In this document: in pieces, positions 28,722 to 37,741 of the stretch
How positions within the stretch are numbered: the first letter of the stretch is position 1
How the letters are laid out: each line of letters starts with the position of its first letter
Position numbers and translations under genes: made by a program
The notes under the pieces: generated by a model
What the model saw: the letters and a program-made list of their open reading frames with translations, nothing else
Told to the model about the DNA's origin: nothing
Database searches by the model: none
NCBI GenBank assembly: GCA_024280395.1
Contig: JAJRQG010000150.1
Location: 2,091-66,090, forward strand
DNA: 64,000 bases
Direction of reading: 5' to 3'
Origin: Gammaproteobacteria bacterium
GTDB taxonomy: Bacteria; Pseudomonadota; Gammaproteobacteria; Xanthomonadales; Marinicellaceae

Positions 28722-30008
28722 ATGAACAAAAAAACAGTCCTTAACTTTATTGTTTTATTCCTGTATTTCGGTTTGATTATAGGTGTGGTTTTACAGCTTA
28801 TTTCATGCAAAAGCACTGGAAACAACCTCATCACAGAGAATTCACAAAAGGAATCACAAGAACTTCAATCTGTTAAAAACTGGATCTCAAAACAATGGCC
28901 AGGGAATGCAGCAACATATAAAACCACAAACAGCTCTGTTTATTTGGCCAATTTAAATTCATCCATTGAGGTTTTTAACAGGCTGTACAACAATCAAAAC
29001 AAAACCAGTTATGGTGCACAACTTGCATCAAAACTGTATTTAAGATATAGAATTTTGGGCGATTTTAACGATGCCACAAAAGCATTAGAAACCATACAAA
29101 CCGCTAGCCAATTGTCACATACTGATGCAAATATTCATTATACCCTGGCAATCATTCAATCAGGTTTTCATCAATTCAAATCAGCGCTAAGTTCACTAGA
29201 AACAGCAATGGCAATGGGCGGTAATAACAAGCAAATTGCATTGTTGAAAAATGAAATCAGATACTCACTTGGACTGTATCAGCCTTATGATTTCATCATC
29301 AAAGAGCCAGGAACCAATAACTTAACCAAGGCGAAATATGCTTTATTGAACAACCATTTTGAACAGGCCAGTCATTTCTACAAAAACTCTATGGATAACT
29401 ACAATGACACCGATCCTTTTAAACTCTCATGGTTGCAACTACAACAAGGCATTGCTTTTTTACGTTATGGCGATCCAAAGACGGCCAATTTATTTTTCCA
29501 AGCTGCACACAATCGCTTTCCTGAATATTATCTGGTTACCGAACACTTGGCAGAAACTGAATTTCTTTTGGGTCATTTAGAAAGGGCAAAGAACCTTTAT
29601 CAATTGGTTATTCAACAAACCAACAATCCAGAATTTTATGCACAATTGGCAAAAATAGAATCTTTATTGGGCAATCACCAATCTAGTAGTAAAGCCCTAT
29701 TAATGGCCGAAACTGAATTCGATCAGCTCATTGAACTCTATCCCAAAGCATTGGGTGATCATGCCATCCAATTTTACATCGACAACCAACACTTCTCAAC
29801 AGCATTGAATTTGGCCAAAATAAATTTAGACAACAGAAAAAACATAGAAAGTTATGAGTTGCTCATCAAAACTGCATTGGCCAATAACGATGTCAAGCTG
29901 GCCTGTGATACCTATATGCTGGCACTGAATTACAAAGTCAGGCCTTTAGAATTCATTCACCTTTCTAATGAGTTATCTTGCGAAAACAGTCCAACCAACA
30001 CCCAATGA
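28722..30008 (+). CDS. TPR-repeat lipoprotein
   Basis: GGAG 7 nt before the ATG at 28722. Lipobox LQLISC. The remainder is helical TPR-like repeats. Confidence 0.65.
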   Translation: MNKKTVLNFIVLFLYFGLIIGVVLQLISCKSTGNNLITENSQKESQELQSVKNWISKQWPGNAATYKTTNSSVYLANLNSSIEVFNRLYNNQNKTSYGAQLASKLYLRYRILGDFNDATKALETIQTASQLSHTDANIHYTLAIIQSGFHQFKSALSSLETAMAMGGNNKQIALLKNEIRYSLGLYQPYDFIIKEPGTNNLTKAKYALLNNHFEQASHFYKNSMDNYNDTDPFKLSWLQLQQGIAFLRYGDPKTANLFFQAAHNRFPEYYLVTEHLAETEFLLGHLERAKNLYQLVIQQTNNPEFYAQLAKIESLLGNHQSSSKALLMAETEFDQLIELYPKALGDHAIQFYIDNQHFSTALNLAKINLDNRKNIESYELLIKTALANNDVKLACDTYMLALNYKVRPLEFIHLSNELSCENSPTNTQ

Positions 30009-31771
30009 ACAGGCACTTTGAAGGTATTGTCCTGATAAAATATTTTCACTGATTTGGTTTTAGGAGAAATAGCAAACATAGGTATCACTTGTGATCCATA
30101 TTTTTCCAAGTACATTTTGAAGGTGAATTCTTCGGTCATCAAGGTGGATTTGACCACTCCACCATTGGCCAAAATACTAGCCAACTGTCCATAGGTTTTA
30201 CCACCAAATAAAATTCTACCGCGAAAATCGATCGAACTGAGATGCTTTTCTGAATCCTTATTTTTGTCCTCTGAGGGCTTTAAAGTGTAGATATTCTGTT
30301 TACCAAATTCTGCTGCGTATTTTTTTGCTGCCAAGGTGTTTAAATGTCGATTCATTGACATCCCCAATAAGTGGCCTATGCCAATCAAATGTAAATGTTG
30401 ATCGGCGTGTTTTGAAACAGGGTTGCCATAGTAGGTTTTGAATCCTTGCATCCGCGCTTGTTTAATTTGTTGCCAATAACTGTCAGCAATCACAATATTA
30501 ACCCCTTCTTTCTGTAAAACCAAGGCAATGGCTTGTACCACTGGGTTTGCCCCAACAATCAGCATGCCCAAAGCTTCGGGTTCTGCCACACCCAATGCTT
30601 TAGCCAGTGGTCGGGCTGTTGCGCTTTGAAAAACAACGGTGGTGATGATAATGATAAATGTCAGCGATACCAACAAATCGGCATTGGGATAATTAATCGC
30701 TTCCAATTTAATGGCGAAAAGTGCTGAAACAGCTGCAGCCACAATACCACGCGGGGCAATCCATGACACCATCACCTTTTCTTGCCACTTTAGATTTGAG
30801 CCCAAAGTTGATGCCCACACTTTGATCGGTCGAGCAAAAAACTGTATCATTAAAAATATACCAATTGAACCCCAACCCAAGGATTGGATTTGTTCAAAAT
30901 CAATGCGCGATGCCAAGATAATAAACAAACCCGATATCAACAAGATACTCAACGACTCTTTAAAGTTTAAGATTTCTTCAATGTGCACACCTTTCATATT
31001 CGCCAACCATATTCCCATAAGGGTTACAGCCAACAAACCCGATTCATGCTCCAAGTGATTGGACAACCCAAATACGCCAAACACCAAAGTCAGGGTGAAA
31101 ATATTGTGCAAATACTCAGGCAACAAATGGTATTTAAGAATAAGGCCCAAAGCCTGACCGGCCACGATACCCAACAAAGAACCAATCAAAATTAACTTGG
31201 CAAATACAATAAATACATGTGAAAATTCATTGCTGCCATTTTGACTGGCGATCATAAATGTAAACACCAATACTGCCAGCAATGCCCCAATGGGATCAAT
31301 GATAATTCCCTCCCAGCGTAAAATATTTGAGATTTTACTGTTGACCCGCACCGTGCGCAACATGGGTACAATCACGGTGGGCCCTGTAACTACTACTAAT
31401 GCCCCAAATAGAAATGACATTTGCCAAGCAAACCCAATCATATAATGGGTAGAAACCGCGATGATAATCCAACAAATAATGGTACCACCCGAAATCAAAC
31501 GTCGAATCACTTGTTGCAAACCTTTGATTTCCTGAAAACTCAAGGTCAACGCCCCTTCAAACAAAATCACAGAAACAGCCAATGAAACCATAGGAAACAA
31601 CATATCCCCGAATACTTCATCTGGGTTTAAATAGCCCGTGATTGGCCCCACCAAAAAACCCAATAATAGCAGGAATAAAATAGATGGAAGCTTCACCCAC
31701 CACGAAAACCACTGTGCCAGAGAGCCCAAGACGCCTATGACGGCCAGCTTTATTAGGATTTCTTCTTGCAT
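29957..31771 (-). CDS. CPA1-family Na+/H+ (cation:proton) antiporter with C-terminal RCK/TrkA-N-like domain
   Basis: About 12 TM segments and a C-terminal Rossmann-like GMLIVGANPVVQAIALVLQKEGVNIVIAD. Confidence 0.85.
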   Translation of the reverse strand: MQEEILIKLAVIGVLGSLAQWFSWWVKLPSILFLLLLGFLVGPITGYLNPDEVFGDMLFPMVSLAVSVILFEGALTLSFQEIKGLQQVIRRLISGGTIICWIIIAVSTHYMIGFAWQMSFLFGALVVVTGPTVIVPMLRTVRVNSKISNILRWEGIIIDPIGALLAVLVFTFMIASQNGSNEFSHVFIVFAKLILIGSLLGIVAGQALGLILKYHLLPEYLHNIFTLTLVFGVFGLSNHLEHESGLLAVTLMGIWLANMKGVHIEEILNFKESLSILLISGLFIILASRIDFEQIQSLGWGSIGIFLMIQFFARPIKVWASTLGSNLKWQEKVMVSWIAPRGIVAAAVSALFAIKLEAINYPNADLLVSLTFIIIITTVVFQSATARPLAKALGVAEPEALGMLIVGANPVVQAIALVLQKEGVNIVIADSYWQQIKQARMQGFKTYYGNPVSKHADQHLHLIGIGHLLGMSMNRHLNTLAAKKYAAEFGKQNIYTLKPSEDKNKDSEKHLSSIDFRGRILFGGKTYGQLASILANGGVVKSTLMTEEFTFKMYLEKYGSQVIPMFAISPKTKSVKIFYQDNTFKVPVHWVLVGLFSQDNSLER

Positions 31772-31780
31772 TTACTTGGA

Positions 31781-32563
31781 TTAATCCTGATGCTCTTCAA
31801 TCTTTAACTTAGATAACTTCTTGGCATACTTACTTTGTACCACTTCGACAATCACCAAGATTGCTAGGATAAAATAGAAAGTGGTTTTACTCATTGGCGT
31901 AATCGGAAAAGTAAAGAATTTAAGGTGTGCTAGATGTCCTCCTTCACTGATTAGCATGATGCCAACAATAAATAACACGAATAATCCAAGCACCTCATAC
32001 ATGCGATTTTTTTGTAAAAATGCCGCCACTCCATCGGCCATCCAAATCATTAAACCACTGCTAATTATGATAGCAATCGCCATAATCACATAATTGTCAG
32101 TTAACGCCATGGCACTCAAAATTGAATCAAAAGAAAACACCAAGTTCATAATAACCACCATGGTCAATATTTTATTAAATGATTGTGGTTTAGTTTTTAA
32201 ATGCATTTCATCTTCTAAGGACAACATGTGCCAAATTTCTTTCATCGCCGTGTACATGATAAACACGCCGCCGAGTAAAACAATCAAACTGTGGATGTTA
32301 AAATTCCCCTGAGCGATTCCTTCCCAGTTGAATTGAAGAATAGGATCTTGAAAATACTGGATAAGTTTCATCAAAACAAACAACAACACCAAACGCAAAA
32401 CCACAGCAATACCTATACCCAATTTGCGCAAACTGGCTTGCCTGCTTTTTTCAACCCGTTGTGATTCCAATGAAATGTACAACAAATTATCAAAACCCAA
32501 AACCGCTTGCAACAAAGTCAACATCATCAAAGTCAACAAATTTTCAATCGTAAATAAATCCAT
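31781..32563 (-). CDS. TerC family integral membrane protein
   Basis: Multi-TM, 260 aa, with an N-terminal ..LQAVLGFDNLLYISL.. TerC-type motif. Confidence 0.8.
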   Translation of the reverse strand: MDLFTIENLLTLMMLTLLQAVLGFDNLLYISLESQRVEKSRQASLRKLGIGIAVVLRLVLLFVLMKLIQYFQDPILQFNWEGIAQGNFNIHSLIVLLGGVFIMYTAMKEIWHMLSLEDEMHLKTKPQSFNKILTMVVIMNLVFSFDSILSAMALTDNYVIMAIAIIISSGLMIWMADGVAAFLQKNRMYEVLGLFVLFIVGIMLISEGGHLAHLKFFTFPITPMSKTTFYFILAILVIVEVVQSKYAKKLSKLKIEEHQD

Positions 32564-32798
32564 AATGCATCACATAATATAGTTTAAAAAATCATTATAC
32601 ATGATAACGTCAACATCTCAAATTTAGATAAAATGACTATATTGGAAGTATGTCCAATTCCTTGGACTTGCCATAACATTGCTTCTTGAGCTCTTTACAA
32701 TCAAACAACAACTCTTTTTCTTTGCTTTTAATTTACATGTCACATTTTCCCAGTATTTCACGAATAGAAAGTTAACATACCATTATTAGAGCAAAACC

Positions 32799-34172
32799 AT
32801 GAAAAAAATTCATTTATTATTTAGCTTAGGAGCTTGTCCGAGAATAGAAAACATACTCCAGAAAATCTGGATTTGGCCAGATTTTTCACTAATTCTCGTT
32901 AAATATGCCTATATTCTCCTCAAATTAGTGAAAAACCTGACTCAAACCAGCTTTCCTTCGCTACGATTCCTATTCTCGGACAAGCTCCTAATCATTACTA
33001 TTGCCGTTACTTTAAATACCAAAGCCATTGATTTTGTTGTTGACGTCAACGATGACGTTTTCCTTTCAGGGGATATTAACCCTGGAGATGGACTTTGCCA
33101 GACACCATTTACATTAGAATGTAGCCTACGCGCAGCAATAGTAGAAACCAATGCACTGCCTGGATCTCATCGAATAATCTTGAGCAATACTAACTATGTG
33201 CTAAATCAACCACTTCTAATCACCAACAGTGATGTACAAATTATTGGGACTGGCATGAATCAGACAACAATAGATGGAAACATGAATGATCAAATATTCA
33301 ACATGTTTGAATCAAATGTTACTGTTAAAGAATTAAGCCTTATTAATGGTAAAGCAACAGTGGCGAATGGAGCAGGTGGCGCTATATATGCCAATGGAGG
33401 TTCTCTACCTACGGCATCTCTAACAATAGAACGCGTTAAATTTAGAAATAATAGTGCCAATACGGGCGGCGCACTTCGTACATTAGATATAACTGTCAAT
33501 ATTAACACCAGTATTTTTGAAAACAACTCATTGGAAGACTTGGGGATATCTAGCTTGTACGGTTCAGCCATTTCTGCTCGTCGCAGCAACATGAACATTT
33601 ATGATTCTAGCATTTATTTAAATAGCAACGGATCCAATACAATATATAGTACTAAGGGCAATATATTTATGCAAAATACCACTGTAAGTGCCAACAGTAG
33701 CATTGGACTCAGAACTGAGAACTCAACATCAAGAATAAACTTCAGTACTTTCAACAATAACCCAACAAACTTTTCACGATTTAGCTTTGATGGCAGCCAG
33801 CAAATGTATATTGGTCATTCAATCATACAAAATGCAACAACTCTAAATTGCGGTTCTATAGATAAACCCATTTCCTTGGGGCACAATGTTAGTGATGATG
33901 TTTCATGCGAACTAATAGATTCTACTGATTTGGAATCAACAGATGCACAACTCGCAGGCCTAACAGACAATGGAGGCCTAGCGCTAACTCACGAGCCAGC
34001 CCTGACAAGTCCGGCTATTGACAATGTTCCCATTGTAGACTGTCTTGAGATTGACGGCTCCACATCTTTATCCCATGATCAACGAGGCTTAACTCGTCCC
34101 TTTGGTTCGGCGTGTGATAGTGGGTCGATAGAATACATGTCTGCTCTCATATTTGAAAATGGTTTCGAATGA
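32799..34172 (+). CDS. secreted right-handed beta-helix protein with CSLREA-type N-terminal motif; signal peptide interrupted in frame by a MITE
   Basis: LECSLRAAIVETNALPG motif; degenerate ~23-aa N-rich repeats; ends ...ALIFENGFE. Codons 11-64 derive from the inserted element listed next. Confidence 0.7.
   Translation: MKKIHLLFSLGACPRIENILQKIWIWPDFSLILVKYAYILLKLVKNLTQTSFPSLRFLFSDKLLIITIAVTLNTKAIDFVVDVNDDVFLSGDINPGDGLCQTPFTLECSLRAAIVETNALPGSHRIILSNTNYVLNQPLLITNSDVQIIGTGMNQTTIDGNMNDQIFNMFESNVTVKELSLINGKATVANGAGGAIYANGGSLPTASLTIERVKFRNNSANTGGALRTLDITVNINTSIFENNSLEDLGISSLYGSAISARRSNMNIYDSSIYLNSNGSNTIYSTKGNIFMQNTTVSANSSIGLRTENSTSRINFSTFNNNPTNFSRFSFDGSQQMYIGHSIIQNATTLNCGSIDKPISLGHNVSDDVSCELIDSTDLESTDAQLAGLTDNGGLALTHEPALTSPAIDNVPIVDCLEIDGSTSLSHDQRGLTRPFGSACDSGSIEYMSALIFENGFE
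32829..32988. mobile_element. 160-bp MITE with perfect terminal inverted repeats and TA target duplication
   Basis: The 22-nt ttaggagcttgtccgagaatag (32826-32847) is the exact reverse complement of ctattctcggacaagctcctaa (32970-32991). TA is on both sides (32827-28 and 32989-90). No ORF of its own. Confidence 0.75.
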
Positions 34173-34185
34173 GATAAGATAGAAA

Positions 34186-34209
34186 AAAAGGGGCAAGTTA
34201 ACCCCTTTT
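34186..34209. terminator. bidirectional rho-independent terminator
   Basis: aaaagggg-caagttaa-cccctttt, with an A-run and a T-run on either side, between convergent stops 34172 and 34249. Confidence 0.65.
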
Positions 34210-34248
34210 ATGACTGTCAATGAGCATCAAGAAAAATTTCTTGTTAAA

Positions 34249-36519
34249 TCACTCAAAACCGTTTTTAAACAGTATATCAGTAATTGTACATTCTAAAGGT
34301 ACATCGAAAGCCTCTGTTTCATCACCTAAAGTATTGCTGTTTCCAGAACTGGCACTCAACCCTAGACCTCTTTTTGCAAAGCCTTTCCAAATAGCACATT
34401 GATTCACGCTTGCATTATTCGCTACATCAGCTGCTAAAATCGCATCCCTTCCTTGAATAAAACTGGGAGAACAAGATTGTAATTTAAGACCATCAATAAC
34501 CAACTGCATGGCAATATTGTTACCCCCAGTTCCATGATAAATATCTGAATCAAAACCATAAACTTCAATTAAATTCCAATATACCTCCCATAACATTTCA
34601 GCCCAAACCGACCCCACACCATGTGGAATGGAAACCGATTGTATGTCAGCAAATGTATGTAAATTTATTGTCATATCCGTGGTATAAGGATATTCACGAA
34701 TACCAGAGGTATTGTTGCCAGCATAGGTACCCATCGCTCTTAAAGTTGTAGCAGTCTCACTACTTTGAGCGGTCAAAACCAAGGCGAAAAAGTCACTCCA
34801 ACCTTCTCCCATTTGTTCATCATTACCTAAACAACTGGCATTTGAGGGTCCTCCTGTTAATCGATTCGAAATGCCATGACCATATTCATGTATAATAATA
34901 CCGTTATCAAGATCACCGTCTCTATTTTTTTTCAATACAGCCATTGTAATATCCACACTATTAACCAGTTCGGCCCTGATTGTATTGCCATTGGTCTGAC
35001 CAATGAATATTGAAGGGATGGTTACTGACCCTCCATTTACACCCCCTCCCATACTCAGCAATCCATCGCCTTGATTATTAATTACCATAGCAGCAATAGC
35101 TCCTGCTTGTTGTGCATTCAATACTTTAAGACCAAATTCACAACCTCCTCTATCAATGAGTGCAATCTCCCCAGCTGTAAATCCAATCAGTGGTTGGCAT
35201 GCGTCTGAAAATGATCCTCCATTTATATTATCATTGTCATTTACTTGCTCTAAAACTCCAGTAATGCCGACCGAATCTAATGTACCTCCAAAAGAAGCGC
35301 CATTTATCATATAGGATCCAGCAATTGATGCTGGTGTATTAACCAGTAGCCCAGGTGCCGCTAAAAACGTGAACATCTGCATCCTTGGTTGAAACCCATC
35401 TGGTGGTGTAGAAAAATTGGCATTATTGTTACCTGAACCATCTTGGGCATCCGCATTAACTGCATCATTTCCCGAACCACCATTTCCATAATTGTTTGAT
35501 TGGAAATTACCTGCAACTTCATCAAAACCATACTGATACAAAATATCATGAATAACATTATTCCAATAAAACAAATTAACAATGCCAACTTCAAGATTTG
35601 TTCCTTCAGTGGGTTGTAGATTTTCATCAAACGCAAAATCAAAATTTAACAATGCACCTCCATCAGGTCTAAACCCGCCTGTATTATTTGCATCCAAATC
35701 GTCTTGTGCATTAACATTGTTTCCCCGCGTATCAGTAAATTCTGCACCAGCGCTTCCATCGGTGTCATGCCATCCAAATGGTGATGCCACGGGATCTGCA
35801 ACATTACTAACCAATTGATGGCTCGACCCATTTGCTGTAGGGCTTTCATAGGGTTGAGGGAACACCCGGTAGTCCTCGTTGACTGTCCAATTATCCGAAG
35901 CTATCACATCTCCATTTCCAGCATCAACACGTATATTCCACCAAGCATCTGGTAATTGAATATGCATATCCCAAGCCAATATTAGTTGGTTTTTTTCATT
36001 CAATTCATAGACAAGTTTAACTGGAATTTCTTTACCAGACAATGATGAATCAATAAACACGGCTGCTTGATTAGATGATGGACCATTTGACCTCAATAAA
36101 TGTACGCTTCGATTCATTGAATTAAGGCTATTCAAGGCTTTATGAATCGCATCTATGACTTTAATTTTTGGTCTGACTTGCAATCCTTTCGCTGAAACAT
36201 TAGGAATGAAATTATTGTTTATAAGAAATATTGAATTGTCTTTATTCAAGTGTATTTGCAAATCATGATTGTGAACTTCTATACCTGAGTAGAACTGTCT
36301 CATGTAGATATGTGTTAATCCATTATTTTTGCTGATATAACTGTTCTGAATAACAGCATCATTAATATCATTTTCTGTAATCCCTAACTCACTCAAATGA
36401 TCCAACAAATAGTTTCTAGCTATGTTGTTTTTTTCATTTAATTGAGTTTGTAATTCTGAAGAAAATGCCGAAAAAATAAAAAACATTTGGATAAATAGCA
36501 CAAAATATTTTAAACGCAT
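34249..36519 (-). CDS. secreted M36 (fungalysin-type) zinc metalloprotease with FTP propeptide and PA domain
   Basis: Signal peptide. HEYGHGISNRLTGG HEXXH motif and ..GEGWSDFF... Ends ...DILFKNGFE. Confidence 0.85.
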   Translation of the reverse strand: MRLKYFVLFIQMFFIFSAFSSELQTQLNEKNNIARNYLLDHLSELGITENDINDAVIQNSYISKNNGLTHIYMRQFYSGIEVHNHDLQIHLNKDNSIFLINNNFIPNVSAKGLQVRPKIKVIDAIHKALNSLNSMNRSVHLLRSNGPSSNQAAVFIDSSLSGKEIPVKLVYELNEKNQLILAWDMHIQLPDAWWNIRVDAGNGDVIASDNWTVNEDYRVFPQPYESPTANGSSHQLVSNVADPVASPFGWHDTDGSAGAEFTDTRGNNVNAQDDLDANNTGGFRPDGGALLNFDFAFDENLQPTEGTNLEVGIVNLFYWNNVIHDILYQYGFDEVAGNFQSNNYGNGGSGNDAVNADAQDGSGNNNANFSTPPDGFQPRMQMFTFLAAPGLLVNTPASIAGSYMINGASFGGTLDSVGITGVLEQVNDNDNINGGSFSDACQPLIGFTAGEIALIDRGGCEFGLKVLNAQQAGAIAAMVINNQGDGLLSMGGGVNGGSVTIPSIFIGQTNGNTIRAELVNSVDITMAVLKKNRDGDLDNGIIIHEYGHGISNRLTGGPSNASCLGNDEQMGEGWSDFFALVLTAQSSETATTLRAMGTYAGNNTSGIREYPYTTDMTINLHTFADIQSVSIPHGVGSVWAEMLWEVYWNLIEVYGFDSDIYHGTGGNNIAMQLVIDGLKLQSCSPSFIQGRDAILAADVANNASVNQCAIWKGFAKRGLGLSASSGNSNTLGDETEAFDVPLECTITDILFKNGFE

Positions 36520-36678
36520 TAGAAAACTCTAGTATAAAAAAGATTTAGAATCATATCAGCATTTGGATAATATAACAATATTCGAATGCTGTTGGATCCA
36601 GCTTTTTTCTGCGGCCTTAAACATTGGCCCAATGAATCAATTCTTCCTGGTAATCGAATTATCATTTATAATACAAAC

Positions 36679-37650
36679 ATGACTAACTCAGAACTACACC
36701 CATTTGAACATTTAACACCAGAACTCATCATGGATGCCATTGAAGAGCAAGGACACTTGTGCAGTGGCAGTGTGTTTGCCATGAACAGTTATGAAAATCG
36801 TGTATATCAAATTGGTATTGAGGATGAAGCACAACCGATTATTGCTAAGTTTTACCGACCCAATCGTTGGAGCAAAGAACAAATCCAAGAAGAGCATGAT
36901 TTTAGTTTTGAATTGGCCGAACATGATATCCCGGTAGTAACCCCTTTAAGAGATACCGATGGGAATAGCTTGTTTGAGCATGAAGAGTTTCTATTTACTT
37001 TGTTTCCTCGCAAAGGTGGACATGCACCCGAACTTGACCACAAAGAAAATTTACAAATCATGGGTCGCATGTTGGCACGGTTGCATTTAATTGGCGAAAA
37101 AAAACTATTCAAGCACCGCCCTACACTGGATGTCGTAACTTTTGGCAAAGATTCAATCGATTTTGTCAGCAATGAATTTATCCCTTTCGAACACAAAACC
37201 AATTATGATAGGGTTTGCAAAGAACTGATGGAATTGATGCGACCCAAACTAGAAAACTGCAAAAACATCCGTGTTCACGGCGATTTACATATTGGCAATA
37301 TTCTGATGCGAGATGAAATTCCATACTTAGTTGATTTTGATGACTCACGATTAGCACCTGCCATTCAAGATATTTGGATGTTGTTATCAGGAGAGGAGGA
37401 GGAACAAAAAATCCAATTAGAAAAAGTAAAATTAGCCTATCAAGAATTTCGTGATTTTCCCTACAATGAAATTCCCATGATAGAATCATTGCGCACATTA
37501 AGAATTCTGCACCATTGTGCTTGGCTGGCCAGACGATTTGATGACCCTGCTTTTGAATCCGCTTTCCCTTGGTTTGACCAAAGCAGTTATTGGCTACAAC
37601 ACATTAACGATCTAAAAAATCAAGTTACGCAATTGAAAATAGAAAGTTGA
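36679..37650 (+). CDS. srkA: stress-response serine/threonine kinase (YihE/RdoA family)
   Basis: MTNSELHPFEHLTPELIMDAIEEQG..NSYENRVYQIG...AKFYRPNRW closely parallels the remembered E. coli YihE N-terminus. The track start at 36586 is probably too far upstream. Confidence 0.85.
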   Translation: MTNSELHPFEHLTPELIMDAIEEQGHLCSGSVFAMNSYENRVYQIGIEDEAQPIIAKFYRPNRWSKEQIQEEHDFSFELAEHDIPVVTPLRDTDGNSLFEHEEFLFTLFPRKGGHAPELDHKENLQIMGRMLARLHLIGEKKLFKHRPTLDVVTFGKDSIDFVSNEFIPFEHKTNYDRVCKELMELMRPKLENCKNIRVHGDLHIGNILMRDEIPYLVDFDDSRLAPAIQDIWMLLSGEEEEQKIQLEKVKLAYQEFRDFPYNEIPMIESLRTLRILHHCAWLARRFDDPAFESAFPWFDQSSYWLQHINDLKNQVTQLKIES

Positions 37651-37656
37651 AAATAA

Positions 37657-37704
37657 CAAAAGATCAAAAGATCAAAAGATCAAAAGATCAAAAGATCAAA
37701 AGAC
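37657..37704. repeat. tandem octamer (CAAAAGAT) x5 plus one imperfect copy
   Basis: Read directly: caaaagat at 37657, 37665, 37673, 37681 and 37689, then caaaagac at 37697. This creates five GATC sites 8 bp apart. Confidence 0.95.
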
Positions 37705-37707
37705 CTT

Positions 37708-37737
37708 CTCGCACAGCGACACGAAGACACGGCGAAA
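37708..37737. repeat. left arm of GC-rich 30-nt inverted repeat flanking the GxxExxY gene
   Basis: ctcgcacagcgacacgaagacacggcgaaa is 25/30 complementary to 38142-38171. Confidence 0.8.
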
Positions 37738-37741
37738 AAAT

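Noticed and set aside
32564-32798. Possible yybP-ykoY (Mn2+) riboswitch upstream of the TerC-family gene
   Set aside because: On the minus strand the leader is AT-rich, and I could not find the conserved GGGGAGTAG or GAGACC-type cores or a convincing four-way structure.
37657-37704. Could the octamer array be a CRISPR or a coding repeat
   Set aside because: The units are contiguous 8-mers with no spacers, the array is outside any ORF, and there are no cas genes. It is a simple tandem repeat.
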